A DNA stretch of 64,000 bases from Microcoleus sp. (GCA_042408215.1 JAYFMW010000017.1:1-64000); one strand, 5' to 3'; shown: positions 18,396 through 29,952, counted from the first letter of the stretch. Program-made: numbers and translations. The notes: generated by a model not told the origin, from the sequence alone.

Positions 18396-19817
18396 ATGAC
18401 TCAACCAGTGTCTAAAGCGAGAATGCTGAAGGAGCTGATTTTCGGAAATTATTCCTTGACATGGATACTGCTCGCTATTGTAGTGGTCGCGAGTTTGATA
18501 TTATTTCAATTAGCCAGCAGAAAAAAAATCGGTTTGGCTTTAGAAAAAAGCTTTGCTTGTCTTTATATTTTTATTTCTCCCAACCTAACACAGCCTCCTT
18601 TTAATTACCTGCATTTTAGTAATTTAAAAGACGCAGATGGTGGGATTCTCAAGCTAGTACCTTATTTTTTTTACCCCTGGGTGGTATTAATTTTATTTTC
18701 TAGATTTCAAGTTTTCGGCAGCAAATTTATAGATTTATTTGCCAAAGTTTTGAGCATGAATCCATTTTTTCTGCTTTATACCTTACTGCCATCACTATCT
18801 ACATTTTGGTCGATAGTTCCTGAAGAAACCCTGAGAGCAAGCCTAGCTTTTTCAGCATTTACTGCTTTCGCGTTTTACATTGCAGCCCAATATAAATGGG
18901 ACTATCTATCTCGTTTTTGGCGGTGGGGATACACGGCAATCGGTTTGGCAAGTTTTGTAATGAAACCCCCTGGAGCAGGCGATTTTGTAGGCTTAACCCA
19001 ATCTAAAAATTCTTTGGGGGGAGTCTTGGCTTTATGTACGGCATTTTGGTATTTGCATTATTCTCAAGGAGCTAAAACTCAGAAAGAACGCTGGATTGCC
19101 TTGGGAATGATGTTCTTTTCATTTTACCTAGTGAGAGCTAATAAGTCGGGCTCGGCTCTAGTGATTACTATCATATTAATAATTGCAGTGTCCTCGCTAA
19201 ATTTTATAAAAAAGTTAAGTTTTCAGTGGGCATTTACTGCGATTATATGTTTCCTGGTGGTCAGCATCATTGCGACTGTTTATGTAGTAGATAACCTAGA
19301 GGCTATAGTTGTAGGGGGATTGGGTAAGGATTTGACACTGACTGGGCGGACTGAATTCTGGCCGCAGTTAATCGCTGCGGTCAATCAGCGCCCCTGGTTT
19401 GGCTACGGATACGATGGCTTTTTTAAACAAGCTAAGTTAGGTCCAGCTACTCCTGCTTATTTCATCTATACTGCGAATGGATTTCAACCAAAAAATCCTC
19501 ACAATGGCGCGATCGGGATCTTGTTAGCCTTCGGTTGGCCGGGATTAATTTTAATGATGACTTCCTTGCTGCTCAATTTAGCTTACGCAGTCCGGTATTT
19601 GAGTCGTAGCAGGCTGGAAGAAGCGGGAATGCCTATTTGTTTTCTAGTGTCTATTATTATCAGCAACATCACAGAAGGTTATATTATAGATATAGCAAAT
19701 CCTTGGCTGAGTTACGTAATGTTGACGGTTCGACTTGCCATAGATAATGCTAACAATACTTCCAACAGTAGCAGCAGCAACCCTGCAAAGCTTTCCGACG
19801 ATCGCGCTCTCCACTGA
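18396..19817 (+). CDS. O-antigen ligase/Wzy-like polymerase
   Basis: Multi-TM; KN.LG, TLTGRT..W, RPWFGYG, PHNG. Confidence 0.88.
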   Translation: MTQPVSKARMLKELIFGNYSLTWILLAIVVVASLILFQLASRKKIGLALEKSFACLYIFISPNLTQPPFNYLHFSNLKDADGGILKLVPYFFYPWVVLILFSRFQVFGSKFIDLFAKVLSMNPFFLLYTLLPSLSTFWSIVPEETLRASLAFSAFTAFAFYIAAQYKWDYLSRFWRWGYTAIGLASFVMKPPGAGDFVGLTQSKNSLGGVLALCTAFWYLHYSQGAKTQKERWIALGMMFFSFYLVRANKSGSALVITIILIIAVSSLNFIKKLSFQWAFTAIICFLVVSIIATVYVVDNLEAIVVGGLGKDLTLTGRTEFWPQLIAAVNQRPWFGYGYDGFFKQAKLGPATPAYFIYTANGFQPKNPHNGAIGILLAFGWPGLILMMTSLLLNLAYAVRYLSRSRLEEAGMPICFLVSIIISNITEGYIIDIANPWLSYVMLTVRLAIDNANNTSNSSSSNPAKLSDDRALH

Positions 19818-19951
19818 AGTAAGCTTTCTTGGGCGCATCGTCGATGTGTCAAGCTGTGGTATGTTGTTATAGGATCAACCAGTCTAGTTTTGCTAGATTG
19901 CCGACCCTGCCAGAACCGCGTTTGTGTTTTGTAAAGATTTAAAATATTCTA

Positions 19952-21289
19952 ATGCTAGATAAGTTAACTGCGGTCAGTCAAAAGCTCGGCCCTGGTCTGC
20001 GCCAGGTACTAAGCAACATAGCTTGGCTGTTCACTGACCAAATCTTGCAGATGGGTATAGGTCTGTTTGTAGGCCTTTGGGTGGCTCGCTATCTTGGCCC
20101 GACACAATTTGGATTGCTCAACTACGCGATCGCCTTTGTGTCGCTGTTTAGTTCGGTGGCATCAATGGGGTTGGGTACTCTGGTAGTGCGGGATATCGCT
20201 CGCAACCCCGAATGCAAAAATGAGACCCTGGGAACTGCCTTCGGACTGCAATTTACTGGTGGCTGCATCACTTTGTTGTTAACTGTCACCGTGATTGCGC
20301 TACTCAAGCCCAACGACAGTCTGACTCGGTGGCTGGTAGGTATCATCGCTGCGGGCACTATCTTTAATGCTTTTGAGGCGATCAATTTTTGGTTTCAGTC
20401 CCAAATCCAGTCAAAATATACAGTGTTGGCGAAAAATTCGGTATGTTTTTTCGTTGCTGCTGTCAGAATTGGGTTAGTGACAATTAAAGCCCCCCTGCTT
20501 GCCTTCGCTTGCATTCGATTGGCAGAGGTGGCATTGGTAGGAATGGCTTATGTATATTTTTATCGGCTTACTGGCAATAAAATTAAGGATTGGCAATTCA
20601 GTTGGGAGCGGTGTAAGGAACTGCTCTCGGAGAGTTGGCCGATAGTTTTGTCGGGATTGGCAGTTTATGTGTACTCAAAAACCGATCAGATCATGCTCGG
20701 TGCGATGAATAAAAATGCTGAACTGGGATATTATGCTGCCGCCGTTAAAATTTCGGAAATCTGCGATTTCTTGCCGATGATCCTATCCAGCTCTATTTTT
20801 CCCAAATTAGCAAATTTGAGAAAGACAAATTATGAAGAATATCTAAATAAATTTCAAATTTACTCGGATATTATGATATTTTTATGGTTGGGAGTGGCAA
20901 TACCGATATCCTTACTTTCTCCCTGGATAGTGCATCTGCTTTATGGGGAAAAATATGCGAAGTCAGCAGCGGTACTGGCAATCTATGTTTGGGCGCAATT
21001 TGGGAGTAACTTTGGAGTAGCGCGGAGCACATATTTGAACATAGAAGGTCAGTTGCGCTACGGTCTTTACCTGACTGTAGTCGGCTCTATTTTAAATGTA
21101 GGGTTGAACTTTTTGCTGATTCCTAAGTATGGAGCTTTTGGAGCAACGGCGGCTACTCTGATCACTTATTTTTACGTGATTATATTAGTCAATTTCTTGA
21201 TTAAGGAATTGCGCCCTTTCGGAAAATTCATCTGGCGATCGCTTAACTTGTACAAGGCAGCTTCTCGGCTCATAGGATTAGTAAGATGA
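19952..21289 (+). CDS. wzx: Wzx flippase
   Basis: VARYLGP..FG, D.IMLG, GYY.AA, LIPKYGA.GA. Confidence 0.92.
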   Translation: MLDKLTAVSQKLGPGLRQVLSNIAWLFTDQILQMGIGLFVGLWVARYLGPTQFGLLNYAIAFVSLFSSVASMGLGTLVVRDIARNPECKNETLGTAFGLQFTGGCITLLLTVTVIALLKPNDSLTRWLVGIIAAGTIFNAFEAINFWFQSQIQSKYTVLAKNSVCFFVAAVRIGLVTIKAPLLAFACIRLAEVALVGMAYVYFYRLTGNKIKDWQFSWERCKELLSESWPIVLSGLAVYVYSKTDQIMLGAMNKNAELGYYAAAVKISEICDFLPMILSSSIFPKLANLRKTNYEEYLNKFQIYSDIMIFLWLGVAIPISLLSPWIVHLLYGEKYAKSAAVLAIYVWAQFGSNFGVARSTYLNIEGQLRYGLYLTVVGSILNVGLNFLLIPKYGAFGATAATLITYFYVIILVNFLIKELRPFGKFIWRSLNLYKAASRLIGLVR

Positions 21290-22482
21290 TTGAAATTAAA
21301 CCAAATATTCAGCATAAATCTAATTGCCCTTATTCGGATCGGCCACTCACGCCGCTCAGCGTATTCTGGCCAGGAATGCAAATTTGTGTAATCTCTAAGT
21401 GCGTTGACTGCGATTGTGAATTCATCGAAGGGTTGAGAGTGGGTCACTCGGTTCATAATCCCTACCAAATTGATTTAGCAAAAAAAGTAATTTGGTCTCA
21501 CAAACACTACAAAGAATGGTTTGTGAAACCCCTTCTAGAAGCTCTCCAAAATCCTGAAACTGAAAAACTAGAAATTCATAAAGAGGTTTTCCGGGAGTGT
21601 AAGCGGATCATCGTCTTAAACTGTCTTGATTATCTTTACGGACACTGCTTGTTAAAGCTGCTGAATGCCCAAAGGCATTTAGATTCTCACTCGGATTATG
21701 GCTTAGTTGTCATAGTACCAAAGTTTCTCAGGTGGATGGTTCCCGATGGAGTAGCAGAAGTATGGACGGTGAATATATCCCTAAAAAAAGGTTCATGCTA
21801 TTATCCCAGCTTTGAGAATTTCGTTGCCGAAGAATTTCACCGTTATGATGAAATTTACGTGAGTAAAGCACATTCACATCCCAGCCAATTCGACATCACA
21901 AGATTTACGAGAGTTCCCAAACATAGTTTTGAGGAAAAAGAATTTAAAATCAGCTTTGTCTGGCGTGAGGATCGGCTGTGGTGCAATAGTTTTCTGTTCC
22001 GAGTTCTCAGAAAGCTCAAAATGCTTGATCTGGGAATCGCCATCCAAAATTGGCAAGTGCGGAGGTTATTTGAAAAAATGCGTAATCGCCTTCCTGAAGC
22101 AAAATTTGCAGTGGTAGGTATAGGCAAAAAAACTGAATTTCCTGAATGGATTGAAGACTATAGAGTAGATAAGTTTGATGCCAAAACGGAAATAGAAATG
22201 TGTAAAGTTTACGCGACGAGCCGTCTAGTAATTGGTTTGCATGGCTCTAATATGCTGCTGCCTTCTGCCCATGCCGGCATGACAGTTGATTTGATAGATG
22301 AGCGGTGGGGTAACTTGGCCCAAGACATCCTTTACCAAGAAACAGATCCTCGGGTTGCTAGTTTCCGCTATCGATTTCTGCCAGTTCAGATGCAGATTTC
22401 AGTGTTAGCCAACATAGCAGCTTGGATGATTCTGACTTGCGGTGACTTTAAATCGCACATGACTGCTGATGTTGTTGACTGA
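21286..22482 (+). CDS. Hypothetical polysaccharide-locus protein
   Basis: 4-bp overlap with wzx; YGH and IGLHGSNM motifs reminiscent of GT61-like proteins. Confidence 0.7.
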   Translation: MIEIKPNIQHKSNCPYSDRPLTPLSVFWPGMQICVISKCVDCDCEFIEGLRVGHSVHNPYQIDLAKKVIWSHKHYKEWFVKPLLEALQNPETEKLEIHKEVFRECKRIIVLNCLDYLYGHCLLKLLNAQRHLDSHSDYGLVVIVPKFLRWMVPDGVAEVWTVNISLKKGSCYYPSFENFVAEEFHRYDEIYVSKAHSHPSQFDITRFTRVPKHSFEEKEFKISFVWREDRLWCNSFLFRVLRKLKMLDLGIAIQNWQVRRLFEKMRNRLPEAKFAVVGIGKKTEFPEWIEDYRVDKFDAKTEIEMCKVYATSRLVIGLHGSNMLLPSAHAGMTVDLIDERWGNLAQDILYQETDPRVASFRYRFLPVQMQISVLANIAAWMILTCGDFKSHMTADVVD

Positions 22483-22714
22483 GTTGCTGGAGAAGAGTAG
22501 AGAAGAGGAAGTGGCGAAATTTTAAGGTGCGCTTGTGGATTTATATTGTCAACTGCACATTTTTTTGCTATAGTTAAGCTAAGGTGTATCTAATTTTCCA
22601 AGGCGATTCCTGTGCTACAAAAGTTTCCAGCCCTAAAAAGTGCTATTTAGATGGGCGATCAATTACCGACGCTAAAAGTTTTACAGTAAAGTAAAGTTTT
22701 ACTAAGGAGAAGCG

Positions 22715-23692
22715 ATGGAGTCTCTAAAAGCGAAGTTAGTTCGCAAATGGTTACAATTAGCGAATCAGAGGCACGAGCAAAAAATACAGAAAAAAGTCAC
22801 CAGTTCTAAAACTTCTGAACCAAGCTCAATTTACACAAGCAGCCCCAAAATTTCACTCATTGTGCAATTTTTCAATAAAAAACCTAATATTAAGAGTATC
22901 ATCAATGCACTAAGGTTAACATCGGCTGAAGAACTGATCGTCATTGATGATGGCTCTAGTGATGGTTCTTACGAAGAGTGGATGAAATACCTGGATAGGC
23001 GCAATGACTTTCTACTGCGCTGCAATGACTTATTCGAGGTAAGAACCTACGATCGAGCGATCGGGATGGCGAAAGGCGAGTTTGTTTGCTTACTGCAAGA
23101 TGATGATATACCACCCTATAATAATACTTGGGTAGAGCACGCACTCTCTTTGTTTGAAGCTTTACCTAGTTTACTAATATTAGGTGGCAGAGAAGGCTTG
23201 GACTTTTTGACCCCAGATCCAGTGAATCCAAATGAAGAGCCTACCTATAAAAGAATTGGAGACATAATTACTCGACCAGGACTTTTTAAGAAACGGATTT
23301 ATGAAAGGCCACACTACATAGAACCTCAGTCTGGTCTACCATTTATGTTTGCTACATCTGTTAACAGGGCTCCCACATTTCTGAGGAGAAAGCCTTTCCT
23401 GGAACTAGGAGGAATCAATCAAGATTATGCTCCGTTTCAGTTTGACGATGACGAGGCGAGCGTGAGAGCTTGGTTGGCTGGATATCAAGTAGGTTTATAT
23501 CCCTGCCCATTTGTGAGAAATGTGGGCGATGGTGGCATGAGAATCTTTAATAGCGAAAGAGTGAAAAAACAATCGGTTATTAATGCGAAAAAGTTTTATG
23601 AGGCTTATGCTCCTATTATTGCCAGTGGCGAACTCCAAAATATGATAGATAGTGCCAATCAGCAATTAATCAATGCTCCCAACAAAAACTAA
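22715..23692 (+). CDS. Glycosyltransferase family 2
   Basis: IDDGSSDGS, LLQDDD. Confidence 0.88.
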   Translation: MESLKAKLVRKWLQLANQRHEQKIQKKVTSSKTSEPSSIYTSSPKISLIVQFFNKKPNIKSIINALRLTSAEELIVIDDGSSDGSYEEWMKYLDRRNDFLLRCNDLFEVRTYDRAIGMAKGEFVCLLQDDDIPPYNNTWVEHALSLFEALPSLLILGGREGLDFLTPDPVNPNEEPTYKRIGDIITRPGLFKKRIYERPHYIEPQSGLPFMFATSVNRAPTFLRRKPFLELGGINQDYAPFQFDDDEASVRAWLAGYQVGLYPCPFVRNVGDGGMRIFNSERVKKQSVINAKKFYEAYAPIIASGELQNMIDSANQQLINAPNKN

Positions 23693-23794
23693 ATAATTTG
23701 AACTCACCCTGAGCGAGATATCACTGATGGACTTTTCCTAAAATTGGGCTGAGTCAGTCTCTAGGATACCTAAACTATAAGCAGAGTCTAAGAA

Positions 23795-24727
23795 ATGTCC
23801 AATTATAAAATCCAAACACCCGTCGCTTTTATCATCTTCAAACGTCCAGATACAACGGCTAGAGTATTTGAGGCAATTCGTCAGGCCAAACCTCCCAAAT
23901 TGCTAGTCATTGCTGACGGGCCACGTCCAGATAGACCTGGAGAATATCAAGAATGTGCTGCCACCAGAGCTATTATTGACCAAGTAGATTGGGACTGCGA
24001 AGTTCTGAAAAATTACGCAGACGTAAATCTCGGTTGTCGGCTGCGGGTTTCTAGCGGTATGAATTGGGTGTTTGATACGGTTGAAGAGGCAATTATTCTT
24101 GAGGATGACTGTCTCCCTCATCCTACTTTTTTCCGCTTCGCTGAAGAATTGCTGGAGCGTTACCGAGACGATCGGCGGATTCTGTCAATCTCTGGTCAAA
24201 ATGTTCAGTTTGGGCGGAAAAGAACTGATTATAGTTACTACTTTTCTCGCTACAATCACTGCTGGAGCTGGGCGAGTTGGAGGCGAGCTTGGCAGCATTA
24301 TGATTTAGATATGAAGTTGTGGCCGGAAATTCGGGATGGTAATTTTTTGATGGATGTACTGGGAGACTCCCATGCTGCAAAAGTTTGGACAAATACTTTT
24401 CAGCTTTGTTATGAAAAGAAATTACAGAGTTGGGCTTTTCAGTGGACATTTGCTAGCTTTATTCAAAATGGTATGAATATTCTGGCGAATGTCAATTTAG
24501 CTTCTAATATAGGACATGGTTTCGGAGGAACTAATACGGAGGATGTCAACAGTCCTTACAGTAATATGCCTGTAGAAGCTATAACATTTCCGATGAAACA
24601 CCCAACCTTTGCAATTCGGGATGTGCAAGCAGATAATTTTACTGAAAACAGTTTATATGATTACGATCCGCCCTTGCTAAGAAAGGTGCAAAAAAAAGTC
24701 AATAGACTTTTGAAACAAATCAGGTAA
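23795..24727 (+). CDS. GT-A fold glycosyltransferase (HlpA-like)
   Basis: FKRPDTT, ADGPR, NLGC, IILEDDC. Confidence 0.85.
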   Translation: MSNYKIQTPVAFIIFKRPDTTARVFEAIRQAKPPKLLVIADGPRPDRPGEYQECAATRAIIDQVDWDCEVLKNYADVNLGCRLRVSSGMNWVFDTVEEAIILEDDCLPHPTFFRFAEELLERYRDDRRILSISGQNVQFGRKRTDYSYYFSRYNHCWSWASWRRAWQHYDLDMKLWPEIRDGNFLMDVLGDSHAAKVWTNTFQLCYEKKLQSWAFQWTFASFIQNGMNILANVNLASNIGHGFGGTNTEDVNSPYSNMPVEAITFPMKHPTFAIRDVQADNFTENSLYDYDPPLLRKVQKKVNRLLKQIR

Positions 24728-24761
24728 AGTCAGCTATAAATCTAGAGTATAGGCAGGGGAA

Positions 24762-26024
24762 ATGAAGGTTGTACTTCTCAATAGTTCTGATAGTGAAGGG
24801 GGGGCTGCCCGCGCCGCTTATCGACTGCACCAAGGTTTGCAGGGGATTGGTGTGTCTTCGCAAATGCTGGTAAAAAATAAGAGTAGTGGCGATCGAAATG
24901 TAGTTTCGTCACAGAATAGTATTGCGAATAAGTTTGACAAGATTATTTCAACTTTATCTAACTCGCCATTGCGACTTTACCCTGAGAGAAACCCCGTTAT
25001 ATTTTCTACAGAATGGCTGCCAGACTCTCTCCCTGGTCAAGTTGCCAAAATCGATCCGGATATTATTAATTTGCACTGGGTTTGTGGGGGTTATTTACAA
25101 GTAGAAAGTATTCCGAAGTTTAATCAACCCTTAGTCTGGACGCTGCACGATATGTGGCCTTTTACAGGTGGATGTCACTACAGTGAAGATTGCGATCGCT
25201 ATATTCAGTCTTGTGGTAGTTGTCCGCAACTTCACAGTAATAAAGAGTCGGATCTGTCGCGGTGGGTGTGGCAGCGGAAAGCTAAAGCTTGGAAAAAGCT
25301 GAACCTAACTCTGGTTAGCCCTAGTGTTTGGTTAGCGAAATGCGCTAATTCTAGTTCTTTATTCAAAGATTTTCGAGTTGAAGTAATTCCTAATGGCATC
25401 AATACTCAAAAGTACAAACCCATAAATCGTCACTGGGCGCGAGCAATCCTGAATTTACCTCAAGATAAACAAATTGTACTCTTTGGAGGTGCAGGTGGAA
25501 CGGGCGATCGCTGGAAAGGATTTAACTTGCTCGTACCCGCTTTACAAAGCCTCAGTAAATCAGGCTGGAAAGATCGGATAGAGTTGCTGGTTTTTGGCTC
25601 TTCTGAACCGGAAAATCCGATTGAACTTGGTTTTAAAACTCACTATTTGGGGAGACTCGCAGATGATATTTCCCTAGCCACTGTTTATGCAGCAGCAGAT
25701 ATTTTTGTCGCCCCTTCCGTGATAGATAACTTGCCAAATACAGTGATGGAAGCTCTTGCTTGTGGCATCCCCTGTGCCGCATTTAATATTGGGGGAATGC
25801 CCGATCTGATCGAACACTGCTCAAATGGCTATTTAGCTAAACCTTATGAAACAGAAGACTTGGCGCGAGGAATTGCTTGGGTTTTAGAAGATGCGGAGCG
25901 ACACCAAAAGCTTTGTCGCAGCGCTCGCCTGAAAGTTGAAGAGAAATTTACATTAGAAGTGCAAGCTCGCGAGTACAAAAACCTATATGAAGAAGTCTGC
26001 CAAGCAGCTAATGGTGTTTCTTGA
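24762..26024 (+). CDS. Glycosyltransferase family 4
   Basis: GGAARAAYRL, WTLHDMW, DNLPNTVMEA. Confidence 0.9.
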   Translation: MKVVLLNSSDSEGGAARAAYRLHQGLQGIGVSSQMLVKNKSSGDRNVVSSQNSIANKFDKIISTLSNSPLRLYPERNPVIFSTEWLPDSLPGQVAKIDPDIINLHWVCGGYLQVESIPKFNQPLVWTLHDMWPFTGGCHYSEDCDRYIQSCGSCPQLHSNKESDLSRWVWQRKAKAWKKLNLTLVSPSVWLAKCANSSSLFKDFRVEVIPNGINTQKYKPINRHWARAILNLPQDKQIVLFGGAGGTGDRWKGFNLLVPALQSLSKSGWKDRIELLVFGSSEPENPIELGFKTHYLGRLADDISLATVYAAADIFVAPSVIDNLPNTVMEALACGIPCAAFNIGGMPDLIEHCSNGYLAKPYETEDLARGIAWVLEDAERHQKLCRSARLKVEEKFTLEVQAREYKNLYEEVCQAANGVS

Positions 26025-26358
26025 ACAAAAGCCAGGATGACTGGTATATTTGCGGAGAGTGCGAGGTGCTGATTTTGACAATGATCTCTTACGCAATTCT
26101 GCTCATTGCCAAGTTTGGAAATCAGAAAATAAATTAGCAAATTGGGTATCTGAGCGAATATTGCGGGGTACTGAGCGATCGATAATACAGTTGGTAAGGA
26201 TTCTGATGGTGGCCGGGTTTTAAGATAAATAAATTTCTAATTAAATCTCTTGATGGTGTGGTCAAGTTAAGTTAATAATTGAATAGGACTCGAACTCGAT
26301 CGCCCATGCCGATCGTCCGAGGACAATTTTTCACTCCTGGGCCCAATCTTTTAGATAA

Positions 26359-27276
26359 ATGGAGCAAACCACTATAGCAGTCCTGATGACTTGTCACAAC
26401 CGCAAGTTAAAGACGTTGGTCACTCTAGAGTCGCTGTTTAAGCAAACATTAACAAGTGAAATTGCACTCAGCGTTTATCTGGTAGATGACGGGAGCACTG
26501 ATGGCACGGCCGAAGGAGTACAGCAAAAATATCCTCAAGTCAAGCTTTTTTCTGGAGATGGCAATTTATTTTGGAATGGAGGAATGCGGATAGCTTTCAC
26601 CGAAGCCATGAAAGACGAGCCGGATTACTACCTCTGGCTCAACGACGATACGGTACTGGCTCCAGAGGCTTTAAATACGCTGCTGACAACCAGCCGCCAG
26701 TTATTTGAACAAGGAGAAAAAAAGGCGATCGTTGCCGGCTCTACTTGTGACCCGGATACTGGTGATTTTACTTACGGCGGTATAGTTAAAATTACCCCGT
26801 TGCTTCCCTTTAAATTTCGCTTTCTCAAACCTACAAAAGTACCTCAATCTTGTGACAGTATGAATGGTAACTGCGTGCTAATTCCCCGCAGCGTCGTTGA
26901 CATTGTTGGCAATCTCGATCCAGCCTTTATTCATTATTTATCAGACTGGGAATATGGCTTGCGCGCCAGACAAAAAGGCTGTACAGTTTGGATAGCTCCG
27001 GGTTATCAAGGAACTTGTTCGCCCAATCCGCAGTCTACAAAAGTAGCTGCTGCTAATATGAGTGAAGGCTTGCAAAAAATGAATCAACCCAAAGGTTTAA
27101 CTTTTCAAGATGCTACCCTTCAACCCTGGGAAGAATGGAAAGTATTTGCTCAGCGTCACGGTGGTTTATTCTGGCCGATTTATTGGTTGCTACCTTACAG
27201 AAGGTTAGTTTGGTTTTCAGTTTTGAGCAAACTGGGATTAACTAAAAACAAAACGCAAGGTGAGAGCGATGGTTGA
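26359..27276 (+). CDS. Glycosyltransferase family 2
   Basis: TCHNRK, VDDGSTDGT, WLNDD. Confidence 0.9.
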   Translation: MEQTTIAVLMTCHNRKLKTLVTLESLFKQTLTSEIALSVYLVDDGSTDGTAEGVQQKYPQVKLFSGDGNLFWNGGMRIAFTEAMKDEPDYYLWLNDDTVLAPEALNTLLTTSRQLFEQGEKKAIVAGSTCDPDTGDFTYGGIVKITPLLPFKFRFLKPTKVPQSCDSMNGNCVLIPRSVVDIVGNLDPAFIHYLSDWEYGLRARQKGCTVWIAPGYQGTCSPNPQSTKVAAANMSEGLQKMNQPKGLTFQDATLQPWEEWKVFAQRHGGLFWPIYWLLPYRRLVWFSVLSKLGLTKNKTQGESDG

Positions 27277-28438
27277 TCGAGGTGAATTGCGCGTCGCTTG
27301 GCTGGTGCCCGAAGTAGAATTGGGTGCATATTGGCAGCCAGTATTGAGAGAATTCACAAAAGTGTTTAAAAATACTGTATTCTATACTGGTCGCGTTTGG
27401 TCTGGTTTCGATCCGACACTCCCGGGAGCATCAGCAATTAAGTTGGTAGGAGAGACTAAATTTGTCGAGACGGAAAAGATCGAAACAGGGTACGATCGCG
27501 GTTTCATCGCTGTATCGCCCAGCATCATTGGTCATTTGCTAAAATTTAGACCTCAGATAGTTTTTCCTCAAGCTTTTTCGCTGTGGACTGTCTTGGTGGT
27601 GCTGCTCAAACCTCTCTGTGGCTGGAAAATTGCAATTATTTATGATGGTAGTTCCCCGAATACAGATTTTCGAGATTCTAGTTTTCGGACATTTGTCAGA
27701 CGCATATTAGCTAAATTTGCTGATGCTTTTGTTTCTAACAGCCAAGCCGGAAAAAGATATTTGGTAGAAGCGCTGAATGTACCGGAAGCGGAAGTTTTTA
27801 CTAGAACTTATTTAGTTCCCGATGCGGAAACGCTGCTGAAACCTTTGTCAACAACTAAGGTTAAAAATTTAGACCTCAAGCAGCCAATTTTTTTATATGT
27901 GGGGCGGATTACAGCTAGAAAAGGAATTAAGACGCTTTTAGAAGCTTGTGCCCTGCTCAAAAAGCAAGGATATTCTGATTATAGTTTACTGATTGTTGGC
28001 AAGGGAGACCAGCAAGAGGAATTAGAAGCTTTTATTAGAGAGCAAGATTTTTCTGAACAAGTAAATTGGGTGGGATGGGTAGACTACGGAAGTCTGGGTG
28101 CTTACTTTCAGCAAGCTGATATTTTTGTGTTTCCTACTTTTGAGGATGTCTGGGGAATGGTTGTACCAGAAGCAATGGTGTTTGGGAAACTGGTATTGTG
28201 TTCAAATGGTGCTGCTGCTTGTGAGTTAATTCAGTCAGGGGAAAACGGTTATATTTTCGATCCAAGTAATGCTAAGGAGTTAGCAGAAAAAATGCAAGTT
28301 TTTCTAGATAATCCTGATTTGGTTGAGTCGATGGGTGAGCGATCGCGACAGCTAATTTCTCAAAAAAATCCTGAAACGGCAGCCAAAGGTTATGTCGAAG
28401 TTATATCTTTTTTGATGGGAGAGGGAAGAAGTCATTAG
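27269..28438 (+). CDS. Glycosyltransferase family 4
   Basis: LYVGR...KG, EDVWGMVVPEAM. Confidence 0.9.
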   Translation: MVDRGELRVAWLVPEVELGAYWQPVLREFTKVFKNTVFYTGRVWSGFDPTLPGASAIKLVGETKFVETEKIETGYDRGFIAVSPSIIGHLLKFRPQIVFPQAFSLWTVLVVLLKPLCGWKIAIIYDGSSPNTDFRDSSFRTFVRRILAKFADAFVSNSQAGKRYLVEALNVPEAEVFTRTYLVPDAETLLKPLSTTKVKNLDLKQPIFLYVGRITARKGIKTLLEACALLKKQGYSDYSLLIVGKGDQQEELEAFIREQDFSEQVNWVGWVDYGSLGAYFQQADIFVFPTFEDVWGMVVPEAMVFGKLVLCSNGAAACELIQSGENGYIFDPSNAKELAEKMQVFLDNPDLVESMGERSRQLISQKNPETAAKGYVEVISFLMGEGRSH

Positions 28439-28660
28439 TTACTTGTTACTTGTTAGTTGTTACTTGTTAGTTGTTACTTGTTAGTTGTTACTTGTTAGTT
28501 GTTACTTGTTAGGGGAATAACCAATCACCAATAACTAATAACCAATCACCAATCACCAATAACTAATAACTAATAACTAATAACTAATAACCAATAACTA
28601 ATAACCAATAACCAATGCCCAATGCCCAATGCCCAATTCCCAATGCCCAATTCCCAATAA
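28435..28660. repeat. Composite heptamer STRR tract
   Basis: TTACTTG/TTAGTTG, AACTAAT/AACCAAT and CCCAATG/CCCAATT runs. Confidence 0.9.
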
Positions 28661-28663
28661 CTG

Positions 28664-29893
28664 ATGAAAGTTCTATTATCTGCTTTTGCTTGCGAACCAA
28701 ATCTCGGCTCCGAAGAGGGAGTCGGATGGAATACTGCGATCCAAGCTGCTAAATATCACGAAACTTGGGTATTTACTCGCACCTTTTGTCGATCGTACAT
28801 TGAGGCAGAATTAGAACGCAACCCTGTCCCCAATTTGCACTTTGTTTACTTCGATCCATTTGGGTGGAGCGAAGATTGGAAGGGGAGACAAGGATTGTTG
28901 CAACTGCACTATTATTTGTGGCAAATTTGGGCTTATTTTATCGCTCGGAAACTCGATCGCGAAATAAGTTTTGACATAGTACAACACGTAACTTATGTCA
29001 AACATTGGTCTCCCAGCTTCCTAGCATTATTACCGCACCCTTTCATTTGGGGGCCTGTGGGGGGCGCAGAAGCGGCACCAAAGCCTTTTTGGCAAGATTT
29101 TAGCCGCCGGGGCAAAATTTACGAAACTCTGCGGGAGTTGGCTCAAGGATTGGGGGAACGCGATCCGTTTGTGGGGTTGACGGCGCGTCGCAGTGCGATC
29201 GCCCTTGCAACTACGGAAGAAACGGCGGCTAGACTGCGATTTATGAAAGCAAAAAACGTGAAGATTTTCTCGCAAGTCGGTTTGTCGCAGCCGGAAATTC
29301 AACAGCTAGAACAATCTGCAACTCCGCCGGAAAAACCAATTAGATTCATCAGTGTGGGCCGTCTTTTGCACTGGAAAGGAGTACATTTGGGACTCCGTGC
29401 ATTTGCGGAGGCGAAGCTGGAACAATCGGAATACTGGATTGTCGGAGATGGCCCGGAAAGAGAGCGTCTAGAAGCGTTAGTTACAGAATTGGGACTCGGA
29501 AATCAGGTACATTTTTGGGGAGCTTTACCTCGCGCTGAAACTCTTTCTAAAATGGGGGAATCTCACGTTCTACTTCATCCCAGTTTGCATGATTCGGGCG
29601 GCTTTGTCTGCACCGAAATGATGGGGATCGGTCGTCCGGTAATTTGTTTGGATTTGGGTGGCCCAGCTACTCAAGTGACTGCTGAAACGGGGATTAAGGT
29701 GCCTGCTACCGACCCCGATCGCGCTGTGCAATGTCTAGCGGAAGCTATAGTATGTTTAGCGATCGATCGTGAATTGCGATCGCGCTTGGGTGAAGCAGGT
29801 CGAAAGCGCGTCAGGGAAGTATATGATTGGGATGTCAAAGGTAAATTCTTTGCCCAATTGTGCGAAGATCTAGTGGAGCGGCAGTCTGGATAA
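28664..29893 (+). CDS. Glycosyltransferase family 4
   Basis: SAFACEP..GSE, VGRLLHWKG, PSLHDSGG. Confidence 0.9.
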   Translation: MKVLLSAFACEPNLGSEEGVGWNTAIQAAKYHETWVFTRTFCRSYIEAELERNPVPNLHFVYFDPFGWSEDWKGRQGLLQLHYYLWQIWAYFIARKLDREISFDIVQHVTYVKHWSPSFLALLPHPFIWGPVGGAEAAPKPFWQDFSRRGKIYETLRELAQGLGERDPFVGLTARRSAIALATTEETAARLRFMKAKNVKIFSQVGLSQPEIQQLEQSATPPEKPIRFISVGRLLHWKGVHLGLRAFAEAKLEQSEYWIVGDGPERERLEALVTELGLGNQVHFWGALPRAETLSKMGESHVLLHPSLHDSGGFVCTEMMGIGRPVICLDLGGPATQVTAETGIKVPATDPDRAVQCLAEAIVCLAIDRELRSRLGEAGRKRVREVYDWDVKGKFFAQLCEDLVERQSG

Positions 29894-29952
29894 CTTCCGC
29901 TCTATTCGACCAAACAAAACCACAAAAACTCTATTTTTTAAGGCTGTGAAAT